From: Candidatus Latescibacterota bacterium
Lineage (GTDB): Bacteria > Latescibacterota > UBA2968 > UBA8231
Reading direction: 5' to 3'
Length of the DNA: 64,000 nucleotides
NCBI GenBank assembly: GCA_965243025.1
Contig: CBDETY010000003.1
Span: forward strand, 256,001-320,000
Position numbers and translations under genes: made by a program. This document shows, one piece after another, positions 38,334 through 47,652 of the stretch (positions are counted from its first letter, which is position 1; every line of letters begins with the position of its first letter). The notes beneath the pieces were generated by a model that had not been told where the DNA came from, ran no database searches, and was given only the letters and a program-made list of their open reading frames with translations.

Positions 38334-40046
38334 CTATTCTTCCGGCTCGGTAACGGTCAGCACCTGGTTCACCTCGACATCCTCGAGCGTCTGCACGATC
38401 CCGCTCGGCCAGCGCAGCGTCACCTTGTCGACGCGCCCGGCCTTGCCGAGGCCGAAGTGGACGCGCATGTCGTCGTGCCCGAGATAGCTGCCGCCGCTGC
38501 GCACCTCGTTTACCTGGCCGAGGCCCGCCGCTTCGATCTCGATCCGGGTTCCCACTCCGTCGCGGTTGCTTTTGCGGCCGACCGTCCTGACCAACAGGTA
38601 GTTGCCGGCGTTGCCCCCGTCGTTGCGCAGCAGGTTGGGCTTTCCGTTCAGGTTGAGGACGAAGATGTCGATGTCCCCGTCGGCGTCGAAGTCGGCGAAC
38701 CCCGCGCCCCTGCTCACCTCGCGGATCGCCAGCCCCGGCCCCGATTGCCGCGACACGTCGCGGAAGGTCCCGTCTCCGAGATTCTCGAACAGCAGGTTGA
38801 GCTGGGCGTAGCTGGCGTTGGTGTGCGGCAGGTCCGCTTCCGGATAGGTGTGGCCGTTGGCGACGTAGATGTCCTTGTCGCCGTCGTTGTCGTAATCGAA
38901 AAGGGCGGTTCCCCAGCCGACCTCCGGCTCTCCGACGGCGGCGACACGGGACACGAAGGAGACGTCGAGGAAGAAGCCGTTCCCCTCGTTCCGGTAGAGG
39001 GTGTTGTGCTCCCCCTCGAAATTGGAGACGAAGATGTCGAGGCGGCCGTCGTTGTCGTAGTCGCCGACCCCGACTCCCATGCATCCCTGCTCGGCACCCT
39101 CGGCGTCGAATCCGACCCCGGAGCCGAGTCCCTCGTCCGAGAAGGTGCCGTCCCCGTTGTTGAGGAACATCATGTTCGGGGTCATGTCGTCGGCGACGAA
39201 CAGGTCGGGCCAGCCGTCGTTGGTGAAGTCGGCGAACACCGCCCCGTAACCGAAGTACTTGCGGCCGGCCATTCCCGCCTCCTCGGTAACCTCCCTGAAG
39301 CGGCCGCCCCCCTCGTTGCGGTAGAAGACGTCGGCCTGCGGAATCATCCCCCTGGGACCGCACATTATGTCGTAGGTCTTCCAGACGCAGGGGATCGTCG
39401 ACTCGTAGTCGAGGGAGAAGTCGATGTAGTTCGAAACGTACAGATCGAGATCTCCGTCGCGGTCGTAGTCGCCGAAGGTGCCGGCGGTGCCGTAGCCTTC
39501 GTCGCCTACGCCGGCCTCTTCGGTGACGTCGGCGAAGCGCCGGTTTCCCAGGTTCCGGTAGAGGGTGTTGCGGCCGAAGTTGGCGACGTGGAGATCGAGG
39601 TGCCCGTCGTTGTCGTAGTCGGCCGCCGCGCAGCCGAGCGACCAGCTGGTATCGCCGACGGCGGCGTCAGCGGTCACTTCCGTGAAAGTGCCCCCGTCGT
39701 TGCGGTACAGCCGGTTGTGGGGATGCTCTCCTTCGGGAAAGCCGTGGAAACTCGAGCCGTTGGCCACGTACAGATCGACGTCCCCGTCATTGTCGTAGTC
39801 GAAGAAAGCGGTGCCGCCGATCGAGGTCTCGACGAGGTACTTCTGGTCCCTGCCGGAGACGGTGGGCGCCACCAGGCCAACCTCTTCGGCGACGTCGATG
39901 AATTGCACTTCCGGCGCCGCTTTTGCAGGTCCCGCTCCGGGGCCTTCGCCGGACAAAGGCGCACAGAGGGCTCCGAGAAGCAGGCCGGCGAAGAGTGCCC
40001 GCGAGGAGAAAGACCGGGGCGCGATGGCTCGGTGAATGGATTTCAA
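38334..40046 (-). CDS. CRTAC1 family protein (FG-GAP repeats + ASPIC/UnbV domain)
   Basis: Repeated DYDNDG.DL(Y/F)V.N...LYRN motifs; SNRDGVG, GGSYLG, HFGLG, LRWPSG; N-terminal signal peptide. Confidence 0.93.
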   Translation of the reverse strand: MKSIHRAIAPRSFSSRALFAGLLLGALCAPLSGEGPGAGPAKAAPEVQFIDVAEEVGLVAPTVSGRDQKYLVETSIGGTAFFDYDNDGDVDLYVANGSSFHGFPEGEHPHNRLYRNDGGTFTEVTADAAVGDTSWSLGCAAADYDNDGHLDLHVANFGRNTLYRNLGNRRFADVTEEAGVGDEGYGTAGTFGDYDRDGDLDLYVSNYIDFSLDYESTIPCVWKTYDIMCGPRGMIPQADVFYRNEGGGRFREVTEEAGMAGRKYFGYGAVFADFTNDGWPDLFVADDMTPNMMFLNNGDGTFSDEGLGSGVGFDAEGAEQGCMGVGVGDYDNDGRLDIFVSNFEGEHNTLYRNEGNGFFLDVSFVSRVAAVGEPEVGWGTALFDYDNDGDKDIYVANGHTYPEADLPHTNASYAQLNLLFENLGDGTFRDVSRQSGPGLAIREVSRGAGFADFDADGDIDIFVLNLNGKPNLLRNDGGNAGNYLLVRTVGRKSNRDGVGTRIEIEAAGLGQVNEVRSGGSYLGHDDMRVHFGLGKAGRVDKVTLRWPSGIVQTLEDVEVNQVLTVTEPEE

Positions 40047-40398
40047 ATCTGTCAGCGGGTCGTCAATTCAGTCGGGAAGTCGGGGGAGAAACCGGGGCTT
40101 TCCGGGCCGGGCATGGGGGTCCGCCTTCAGAGGCACCAGGCGGCCCGCCAGACGACTAAATCTGAGGACCGTGGCTGGATTACACCAACCGCGGAAAAGC
40201 GGAAATAAAATCCGGCAGTCCGGGGCCCGGTCTTGATTTCAGTACCCGGAACCTTCAGGGCCCGGTGGATCGCTCGCGGAGGTATTGAAGCGAACCCTTC
40301 CGTTTGTGGCCTCACAACCTGCCAGGTCCCGGGGACCACGGCCGGGAGAGACGGGCTCGCCCGGGCATTGGGGCCGCGCTCGAGCCGGGAGTCGCGGG

Positions 40399-41916
40399 TC
40401 AGCGCCTGCTCTCCAGGTCGGCGCGGGTGACGCGGGCGAAGGGGGCAACCCCGTGCTTCCCACCCTCGGCGCCGCGGCCGACCTCCCTGGTCAGGGAGTA
40501 CATCTCGAGAACCTCGATCCGCTCCCCGGGTCCGCGCCCCTCGTTCCACCTGCGGAACAGGTGCTCGGCGAGCGGCTTCCGGCAGGGACCGCCCTCCGCG
40601 TCGACCAGGCGCACGTGCAGCCTGCGCCAGCGGTGGTTGGGAAATGCCTCCGCTGGCCTTGAGGCGGGCTCGAAGGAGGTGAGCACTCCTTCCTCGAGGA
40701 TATCGATGGCGCGGCCGTCTCCAAGTACTCCCCGGTAGATGTACCAGTAGTCGCGCGGAATCGCGGTGTGATACATCCCCCAGGCCTGCGGCAACATCGC
40801 GGCGTTGCCGATCGCCTTGAGCCAATCCGGCATCTGCCGGTAGCGCAGGGTCGAGAAGTCCCAGGACGCCACGATATACACCAGAAAAAACAGGCAGAGG
40901 GTGTTGCCGGCGCGCCTTCCCCACGGCACGAGACGCCCCCCGGTCAGGCGCTGCAGGTTCCCTTCGATCGCGTCGGCCGGGCCGCCGGGAAGCGGTCTTT
41001 CCCAGCGCCTTGCGAGAAGCGCCCGCAGCGGTTCCAGGCGGCCGCGGACCCCGGTGCAGCACCGGCAGCTCCAGAAGCAGGCAGGCAGGAACAGGATCAG
41101 GCCGCTCAGGGAGACGAAGGCGAACAGCCCGACGTGCAGGGTGAGCTCGATGCCGATGTGGAAGGCCGCGAACAGGGCGATCCCCGCGGCGCGCACCCCC
41201 TTCCAGGGGGCCAGCAGGGCGAACGGTCCGGCGATCTCCAGCAGGACGGTTCCCCTGGTGAGCCCTTCGAGGAGAACACGGAAATCCACAAGGTATTCGC
41301 CGAGGGGCTTCACCAGCATGGAGTAGCGCAGCAGGTGGTCCATGGCGTTTCCCCCGAGCCAGACCTCGTTGAGCTTGGCCAGCCCGGAGTACCAGTAGAC
41401 GATGCAGACCTGGAGGAGGATGGCCGCCCCGGCCACCGACAGGGCGGGGGTTTCCGCCACGCCGGCGGGGGACTGCGGCCTCCGGAGGGCGTCGAGGGAC
41501 CACGCCTTGCCCAGCGGCAGGAACATGCTCCAGAACAGCAGCAGCCGCAGGTAGGAGTCGCCGGCGTTGAGGACCAGCGGCATGCGCGCGTGGAGGGAGA
41601 CCAGCAGGACCCAGGAAAGGACGGCGGCGAGGCGGGCGCGCCAACCGGCCAGCAGCGCCAGGGCGCAGAGACCGGCGAGGAAGAAAAGCAGCCCCTGGAA
41701 CCCGCTCGACGCGGAGAGAAAGTGCAGGGACCAGCGCCATTCCTCGTGGTACTGACCCGCCAGCGCCAGCGGCAGGATTCCCTCCTCGGTGTACATGGCG
41801 GAGAAATCCTGCAGGCGGGTTACGAGATCGACCAGCAGCAGGGCCGCAACGCAACCCCGGAACAGGGCCAGGGAACGAGGGTCGAGGCCGAAGACCTGGT
41901 TCAGTTTCGACTTCAC
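40399..41916 (-). CDS. HTTM-domain membrane protein
   Basis: FGLDPRSLALFR, SLHAR.P..LNAGD..LRLLLFW.MFLP, YWYSGLAK, W..G.A, FHIGI..L.VGLF, QAWGMY, NHRWR; GTG start chosen. Confidence 0.85.
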   Translation of the reverse strand: MKSKLNQVFGLDPRSLALFRGCVAALLLVDLVTRLQDFSAMYTEEGILPLALAGQYHEEWRWSLHFLSASSGFQGLLFFLAGLCALALLAGWRARLAAVLSWVLLVSLHARMPLVLNAGDSYLRLLLFWSMFLPLGKAWSLDALRRPQSPAGVAETPALSVAGAAILLQVCIVYWYSGLAKLNEVWLGGNAMDHLLRYSMLVKPLGEYLVDFRVLLEGLTRGTVLLEIAGPFALLAPWKGVRAAGIALFAAFHIGIELTLHVGLFAFVSLSGLILFLPACFWSCRCCTGVRGRLEPLRALLARRWERPLPGGPADAIEGNLQRLTGGRLVPWGRRAGNTLCLFFLVYIVASWDFSTLRYRQMPDWLKAIGNAAMLPQAWGMYHTAIPRDYWYIYRGVLGDGRAIDILEEGVLTSFEPASRPAEAFPNHRWRRLHVRLVDAEGGPCRKPLAEHLFRRWNEGRGPGERIEVLEMYSLTREVGRGAEGGKHGVAPFARVTRADLESRR

Positions 41917-41984
41917 GGGAAGGCCGCCTCCATTGCGCCGTTCGTATATTCGAACCCCTGCACTCGAAGTGATGCAATGAATGC

Positions 41985-44900
41985 ATGGCGGGAACAACGT
42001 TCAAGACAATCGCCGCTGTGGGGTTCGCACTGGCCGCGGCCGGATGTGAGCCGGGGAAACCCCCGCCCGCCGCGGGTCCGGCCGCCGAGACCCGCAGCGG
42101 AGCAACTGCCGCAGGGGTTGTTTTCACCGACGTCGCCGCCGAATCCGGGCTTTCGTTCCGCAACCTGTCCGGCGGCGTTGACCAGGATCTCGTCGTCGAG
42201 TCCATGTCCGCAGGCGCCGCCTTCCTCGACTACGACGGCGACGGCTGGCTCGACCTGCTCGCCGTAAACGGCACCTCCCCGGGGGCTTCGCCCGGGGAGG
42301 GGAGAAACCGCCTCTTCCGCAACGAACAGGCCGGCCCCGGTCAGACCTCGCCCCGCTTCCGCGAGGTAACCGGCGGCACCGGCCTCGGCTCCCCGGAATG
42401 GGGAATGGGCTGCGCCGTCGGGGATTACGACAACGACGCCGACCCGGATATCTACCTGACTTACTGGGGACCCGACCAGCTCCTTCGCAACGACGGTGAG
42501 GGCGCCTTCGCCGACGTTACCGCGGCCGCCGCTGCCGGCGATCCGGGCTGGGGTTCCAGCGCCGCCTTCGGCGATTTCGACAACGACGGGCTCCTCGATC
42601 TCTACGTCGTCAACTACCTCGAGTTCGATTTCGAGAACCCTCCCGCCGGCGGCAGAAAACGGCGTTATAAAGGTCTGGAGGTGTTCTACGGTCCGATGGG
42701 GATTCCGGCACAGGCGGACAGGCTGTACCGCAACGGCGGGGATGGCTTCGTCGACGTCAGCGCGGAAACCGGTATCGCCGCCCATGCCCTCCCCGGCCTC
42801 GGGGTGGCCCTGGGGGATTTCGACGGCGACGGCGATCTCGACATCTACGTCGCCAACGACTCCGAGCCGAACCAGATGTACCGCAACGACGGCGCCTGGC
42901 GCTTCGCCGAAACCGGCACCGCTTCGCGGGTAGCCTTCACCGAGGACGGCAGGCCCCAGGCAGGCATGGGGGTGCACGGCGGCGACTACGACAACGACGG
43001 CGACCTCGACCTCTTCGTGACCAATTTCTCGGAGGACGTCAACACCCTCTACCGCAACGACGGGGACTGGTTGTTCGCCGACGCCACCTCCCGCGCCGGG
43101 CTCGACGGCGTCGTGCGGCCGTTTCTCGGCTTCGGCACCGGATTCTTCGACAGCGACAACGACGGCTGGCTCGACATCTTCGTCGCCAACGGGCATCTCT
43201 ACCCCCAGCTCGAGAAGCTGTCCTCCGGCCTGCGCTACCGGCAGCGGAACCTGCTTTACCGGAATGCCGGGGGACGCTTCCTCGAGGCCGGCGCAGCCGC
43301 CGGTCCCGGCCTGTCCGCTGCCGCGGTCAGCCGCGCCGTTGCCTTCGGCGACTACGACAACGACGGGGACGCCGACCTGTTCGTCGCCAACCTCAACGAC
43401 GAGCCGGCCCTGCTGCGCAACGACGGCGGCAACCGCAACAGCTGGATCGGGCTCGAGCTCGAGGGGGGCGAGAGCAACCGCGACGCCATCGGGGCCTCGG
43501 TGCGGGTGTCGGCCGGCTCTCTCGTGCAGATGCGGGAGGTCCACAGGGGGTACGGCTTCCAGGCGCAGCACGATCCCCGGCTCCTGTTCGGGCTGGGCGA
43601 CTCGCCGGAGCCGCCCCGGGTGGAGATCCGCTGGCCCTCCGGGAAAAGGCAGATCCTCGAAGACCTGCCCCTGCGCCGCTACGTCGCCATCCGGGAAGGG
43701 GTGGATGGATTCGTCGCAGGGCCCGTGAGGGAACCGATTGCGGCTGCCGCCAGCCCCGGACCCGCCCCGGCGGAACCCGGTGCTCCGGAAAAGGGACCTT
43801 TCCCCTCCCTGCCGGCCGCTTCGGCGCCGGCCGCTGCTTCCCCGGATTCTCCCGCTGCAGCACCGGGGCTCGATCCGGTGGCGCAGCGGTTCTACCGGGA
43901 GGCGCGGGCTCACTACTCCGAGGGCAGGCTGCCCGAAGCCGCCGAGGCCCTGGAACAGGCGGTGCGCGCCGACCCTGAAGGGGACCGGGCCTTCCTGCTC
44001 CTCGGGAAGACCTTCCTGAACCTCAACCGCGACCGGGAGGCGGTCGCCGCCCTCGAGAAGGCGCACGCCCTCGATCCGGGGAACTGGGAGTACTCCAACC
44101 TGCTCGGGGTCGCCTACAGACGGGCCGGCCGCATGGAGGAAGCCTTCGGGGCGTTCGCAACCGCGGCGGGGAACGCACCCTGGGCGCCCCGGCCGCACCT
44201 CAACCTCGCCCGCTTGTACGATGAGATCGGACAGCCCGGCAGCGCCGAGGTCGAGCGCCGCCTGTTCGAGCAGTGGCGGCCGCTGCAGCGGGAAAGCGAG
44301 GTCGCCCTGGACATGGTGAAGTCGAACCCCGACGACCCCCTCGGCCGCAGGAATCTCGGCCTCGCCTACACCCGGCAGGGGCGCCACGCGGAAGCCCTTG
44401 CCGAGTTCCGGCGCGCCTGCGACCTCGATCCGGACGACGGCATGGCCCGCTACGGGTTGGGGGAGGCCCTGCACCGGGAGAAACGGTACGCCGAGGCGGT
44501 GGAGAGCTACGAGCAGGCACTCGAGCTGGTTCCCGGGGATGCCGGGGTTCACACCGGTCTCGGCAGATCCCTCGCCGCTCTCGGCAGGGTCGAGGCGGCA
44601 GCCGAGCAGTTCCGGACCGCCCTGGCGTCGGATCGGGACCATGCGGCCGCGCACCTGGGACTCGGCGAGCTGGCCCTGAAACAGCGGGACGAAGCCGCCG
44701 CGGTTCGCGCCTGCGGGCGCGCCGTCCGGCACCAACCCGCCCTCGCCCTCGCCCACAGCTGCCTGGGAAGCGCCCACGCCGCGGCCGGCCGCTACGATGC
44801 GGCGGCCGCGGCCCTGGGGAGAGCGCTCCAGCTCGATGCGCGCCTGGTCCAGACCCGCTACGCACTGGGACTGGTCCACCATCTCGAGGGGCGTTACCCC

Positions 44901-45005
44901 GAGGCGGTCGGGGAATGGAAGCGGGTGCTGCTGCTGGCCCCCGCCCACGTCAAGGCGCGGCAGGGAATCGCGCAGGCAAAAAGGGAATCCGAGGCCCGGA
45001 GATGA
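41985..45005 (+). CDS. Putative lipoprotein: FG-GAP/ASPIC-UnbV (CRTAC1) domains + Pro/Ala linker + C-terminal TPR array
   Basis: Lipobox-like AAGC; multiple D(Y/F)D(N/G)DG repeats; SNRDAIGA, FGLG, IRWPSG; TPR repeats (EAVESYEQALELVP etc.). Confidence 0.92.
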   Translation: MAGTTFKTIAAVGFALAAAGCEPGKPPPAAGPAAETRSGATAAGVVFTDVAAESGLSFRNLSGGVDQDLVVESMSAGAAFLDYDGDGWLDLLAVNGTSPGASPGEGRNRLFRNEQAGPGQTSPRFREVTGGTGLGSPEWGMGCAVGDYDNDADPDIYLTYWGPDQLLRNDGEGAFADVTAAAAAGDPGWGSSAAFGDFDNDGLLDLYVVNYLEFDFENPPAGGRKRRYKGLEVFYGPMGIPAQADRLYRNGGDGFVDVSAETGIAAHALPGLGVALGDFDGDGDLDIYVANDSEPNQMYRNDGAWRFAETGTASRVAFTEDGRPQAGMGVHGGDYDNDGDLDLFVTNFSEDVNTLYRNDGDWLFADATSRAGLDGVVRPFLGFGTGFFDSDNDGWLDIFVANGHLYPQLEKLSSGLRYRQRNLLYRNAGGRFLEAGAAAGPGLSAAAVSRAVAFGDYDNDGDADLFVANLNDEPALLRNDGGNRNSWIGLELEGGESNRDAIGASVRVSAGSLVQMREVHRGYGFQAQHDPRLLFGLGDSPEPPRVEIRWPSGKRQILEDLPLRRYVAIREGVDGFVAGPVREPIAAAASPGPAPAEPGAPEKGPFPSLPAASAPAAASPDSPAAAPGLDPVAQRFYREARAHYSEGRLPEAAEALEQAVRADPEGDRAFLLLGKTFLNLNRDREAVAALEKAHALDPGNWEYSNLLGVAYRRAGRMEEAFGAFATAAGNAPWAPRPHLNLARLYDEIGQPGSAEVERRLFEQWRPLQRESEVALDMVKSNPDDPLGRRNLGLAYTRQGRHAEALAEFRRACDLDPDDGMARYGLGEALHREKRYAEAVESYEQALELVPGDAGVHTGLGRSLAALGRVEAAAEQFRTALASDRDHAAAHLGLGELALKQRDEAAAVRACGRAVRHQPALALAHSCLGSAHAAAGRYDAAAAALGRALQLDARLVQTRYALGLVHHLEGRYPEAVGEWKRVLLLAPAHVKARQGIAQAKRESEARR

Positions 45006-46486
45006 GCCGGTACACAATCTGCGTGGCGCTCCTGGCCTGGTCCTGCGCCCCGGATACGGCAGAGGTCGACCGCCTGGTCGAACGGGGGAGGGTCCTCTAT
45101 CTGAACGGGGAATACGACGCGGCCATCGACAGCCTGAACCGGGCGGTAGCTCTCGACGACAGCCGGGTCCTCGCCTGCCTCTATCTCTCCCGCGCCAACC
45201 TGCGCCTGAACCGCCACGACGAGGCCGGGCGGGCGATCGCCAGGGCCCTGGAGCTGGACCCGGACCGGCCGTCCCTGTACGAGATCCTGGGAAACATCCA
45301 CGTCTCGCGGTACACCGCCTACGCCTACACGGAAACCGGGGAGGCCGATCTGAAGGCGGCGGTCGCCGCTTTCCGCAAGGCGATTGCCATGGACGGCGGA
45401 AGCTCCCAGGCGCACTACAACCTGGGCGTCGTGTACGGATTTCTCGACAGCACCCGGCTCGCCGGGGAATCGTTCGCCGCGGCCCTCGAGGCCGACTCCA
45501 CTCTGGGGGCGGCCCACAAGAAGCTGGGGATCATCCACAGGACCTCGGGCCGTCTGCGGTCGGCGGCCGCTTCCCTCGAGAGAGCGACGAGCCTCGCCCC
45601 GGATGATTCGGAAGCCCATTACCAGCTCGGCCTCGTCCAGAGGGATGCCGGCGAGCTCGAGAAAGCCGCTGCCAGTCTGGAGAAGGCGGCCGGGCTCGAC
45701 CCGGTATCCCCCAAGATCGGCTTCAGTCTAGGCAGCGTATACAACCGCCTCGGCCGCTTCGAGGAAGGAAGCCGCGTGCTCGCGGCCGCGGAACGCCGCC
45801 GCGAACGGCTCGGCCGCCAGTATTCGGAGGCGACCCCGCCCCGCGGCGGGGCGCTGCCGGTCGGATCTCCCAACGACCGCTACAACTTCGCTCTCGTGCA
45901 TGCCAAGGCCGGCCGCATCGAGGCCGCGGCGCTCGAGTTCCGGCGCACCATCGAGATCGACCCCGGCCGCGCCGATGCGGTGATGGGGCTGGGAAGGCTC
46001 TACTTCGAGACCGGGTCGCCGGACTCGGCGCTTCCGTACTTCGAACGCGCCGTCGCCATCGACGGGAACGATCCGGTCGCCCGCATGCGGCTGGGATGGA
46101 CCTACCGGGAGCTCGGAAGGCTGGGTGAGGCGAGGGAGGCTTTCGGCGAGGCCGCCCGGGTGGCCCCCGGAATGGCCGAGGCGTACCTCAACCTCGGGCA
46201 GATAGCCTTCCGCATGGGAGATGTCGAGGAATCGGTCGGCCATTTCCTGAAAGCGGTCGAGCTGAGACCCGACTACTCGCTTGCCCATCTGAGCCTCGGC
46301 GTCGCCAGGGTTCGCCTGGGCAGGTTTCGCGAAGCCGCCTCCGCTTACGAGCGCGCCGTGGAGCTCGACCCCGACGACGGCCAGGCCCACCTGTTTCTCA
46401 GCGACGTCTACGACAGGATCGGCCGCGGCGATGAAGCGCGGCGCCACAGGGAGCGGGCCCGGACCTTGGCCGATTCCCTCCGCTGA
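45002..46486 (+). CDS. Tetratricopeptide-repeat protein, putative lipoprotein
   Basis: ATGA overlap with the previous gene; LLAWSC lipobox-like; many TPRs (AHYNLG, AHYQLG, AYLNLG). Confidence 0.9.
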   Translation: MSRYTICVALLAWSCAPDTAEVDRLVERGRVLYLNGEYDAAIDSLNRAVALDDSRVLACLYLSRANLRLNRHDEAGRAIARALELDPDRPSLYEILGNIHVSRYTAYAYTETGEADLKAAVAAFRKAIAMDGGSSQAHYNLGVVYGFLDSTRLAGESFAAALEADSTLGAAHKKLGIIHRTSGRLRSAAASLERATSLAPDDSEAHYQLGLVQRDAGELEKAAASLEKAAGLDPVSPKIGFSLGSVYNRLGRFEEGSRVLAAAERRRERLGRQYSEATPPRGGALPVGSPNDRYNFALVHAKAGRIEAAALEFRRTIEIDPGRADAVMGLGRLYFETGSPDSALPYFERAVAIDGNDPVARMRLGWTYRELGRLGEAREAFGEAARVAPGMAEAYLNLGQIAFRMGDVEESVGHFLKAVELRPDYSLAHLSLGVARVRLGRFREAASAYERAVELDPDDGQAHLFLSDVYDRIGRGDEARRHRERARTLADSLR

Positions 46487-46513
46487 GAAGTTTCCCCGAA
46501 AAAGAGAAAATGA

Positions 46514-46542
46514 TTGATCCCCTCCGGGGGTTTTTGTACAAT
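46514..46542 (+). promoter_or_regulatory. Near-consensus sigma70 promoter
   Basis: TTGATC-N17-TACAAT with an upstream A-rich tract (GAAAAAGAGAAAA); GGAGGA RBS at 46604-46609. Confidence 0.7.
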
Positions 46543-46617
46543 AATCGAGATCCATAACCAAGAAATCGATTCCAGCCCCCTGCGGGGGCGCAAACCCGAT
46601 CCTGGAGGATTTTTCCC

Positions 46618-47544
46618 ATGCGCAAACGTTTCAGCGCAGCAGCGGCGGCGGCAGCCCTGCTCTGCATGAGCACCTTTGCATTCGCTCACGTACCGGCGGA
46701 CTTCATCGGCCTGTTCTGGCAGTGGCCGTCGAACCAGGTGCCGGTCCTCGACGGCGACCTCAGCGAGTGGGCGGTGGTTCCGGACGACTACTCGTGGACC
46801 ACGGACGAGGCCAACGCCAAGTTCTCCCCGGGGGATGGGATGTTCATCCCCAACGACACTCCCGACCTCGCTTCCATCGACTTCAAGGTCACCTTTTCCT
46901 ACGTCGACGGTCAGCCCCGTCTGTATTACGGGTACGAGCGCTTTGACGATGTCTGGACGAGTGACGACGACATCGAGATTTACATCGACGGCGATCACAC
47001 CGGCGGAACCTACTGGTCCGAGGAAGGGATGTCGGACGAGGAGGCTGCGCGCGCCAAAGGCCGCCAGGCCCAGATTTACCACATCTTCGCCGACGACGGC
47101 TTCCGGCTCGGCGGCGATCGCTGGAACTGGTTCTGGATGACCCAGGGTGACTGGCATGAGCAGCCCCCCTGGTCCGACATCGGGTATCAGTACGAGGGGA
47201 CCCCGGGCTCGTTTCAGGAGGTAACCATGTCGGTGGAGTTCTATGAGACAGTCTGGGACGACTTCAACTGGCAGGATCCCGACGGCAGCATTCAGCACGT
47301 GATGAGGGAAGGTGAGATCATCGGCCACGGCATCAACTTGTGGGAGTTCGACGGGACCGAGGAGACCTACCGCACCGATGGCTGCGAATGCGGCGCCACA
47401 TGGTCGGACAACACCGCCGGAGAGACCTGGGTCGACGCCAGTTTCTTCCCCGACTACCTCCTCGACGAAGTGCAGACGGACCTCATAGGCACAGCCGTCG
47501 AAGAGGACAGCTGGGGCAACATCAAGGCCTCGATGAGGAGGTAA
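46618..47544 (+). CDS. Secreted acidic protein with a CBM9/DOMON-like motif and a C-terminal TAVEEDSWGNIK tail
   Basis: Signal peptide ending AFA|H; PVLDGDLSEW; D/E/W-rich body; C-terminus GTAVEEDSWGNIKASMRR. Confidence 0.85.
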   Translation: MRKRFSAAAAAAALLCMSTFAFAHVPADFIGLFWQWPSNQVPVLDGDLSEWAVVPDDYSWTTDEANAKFSPGDGMFIPNDTPDLASIDFKVTFSYVDGQPRLYYGYERFDDVWTSDDDIEIYIDGDHTGGTYWSEEGMSDEEAARAKGRQAQIYHIFADDGFRLGGDRWNWFWMTQGDWHEQPPWSDIGYQYEGTPGSFQEVTMSVEFYETVWDDFNWQDPDGSIQHVMREGEIIGHGINLWEFDGTEETYRTDGCECGATWSDNTAGETWVDASFFPDYLLDEVQTDLIGTAVEEDSWGNIKASMRR

Positions 47545-47583
47545 AAGTCCGGCTCTGCCGGAAGAAACAGCAGCAGAACGAGA

Positions 47584-47615
47584 AAAGCGGGGGTGCCGCA
47601 CGGCACTCCCGCTTT
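47584..47615. terminator. Bidirectional intrinsic terminator between convergent genes
   Basis: AAAGCGGGGGTGCCG-CA-CGGCACTCCCGCTTT inverted repeat flanked by A- and T-rich tails. Confidence 0.75.
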
Positions 47616-47652
47616 CTTGTTGGCCTGAGGGAAGTTTCCTCCAGATTTCCCT

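Noticed and set aside
31864-39363. 2499-aa giant ORF
   Set aside because: An Arg/Gly/Pro-rich off-frame shadow of four real genes caused by high GC; only the last 260 codons (PhyH) are real
43730-43870. Low-complexity Pro/Ala stretch as a repeat element
   Set aside because: It is an ordinary in-frame flexible linker between the ASPIC/UnbV and TPR regions
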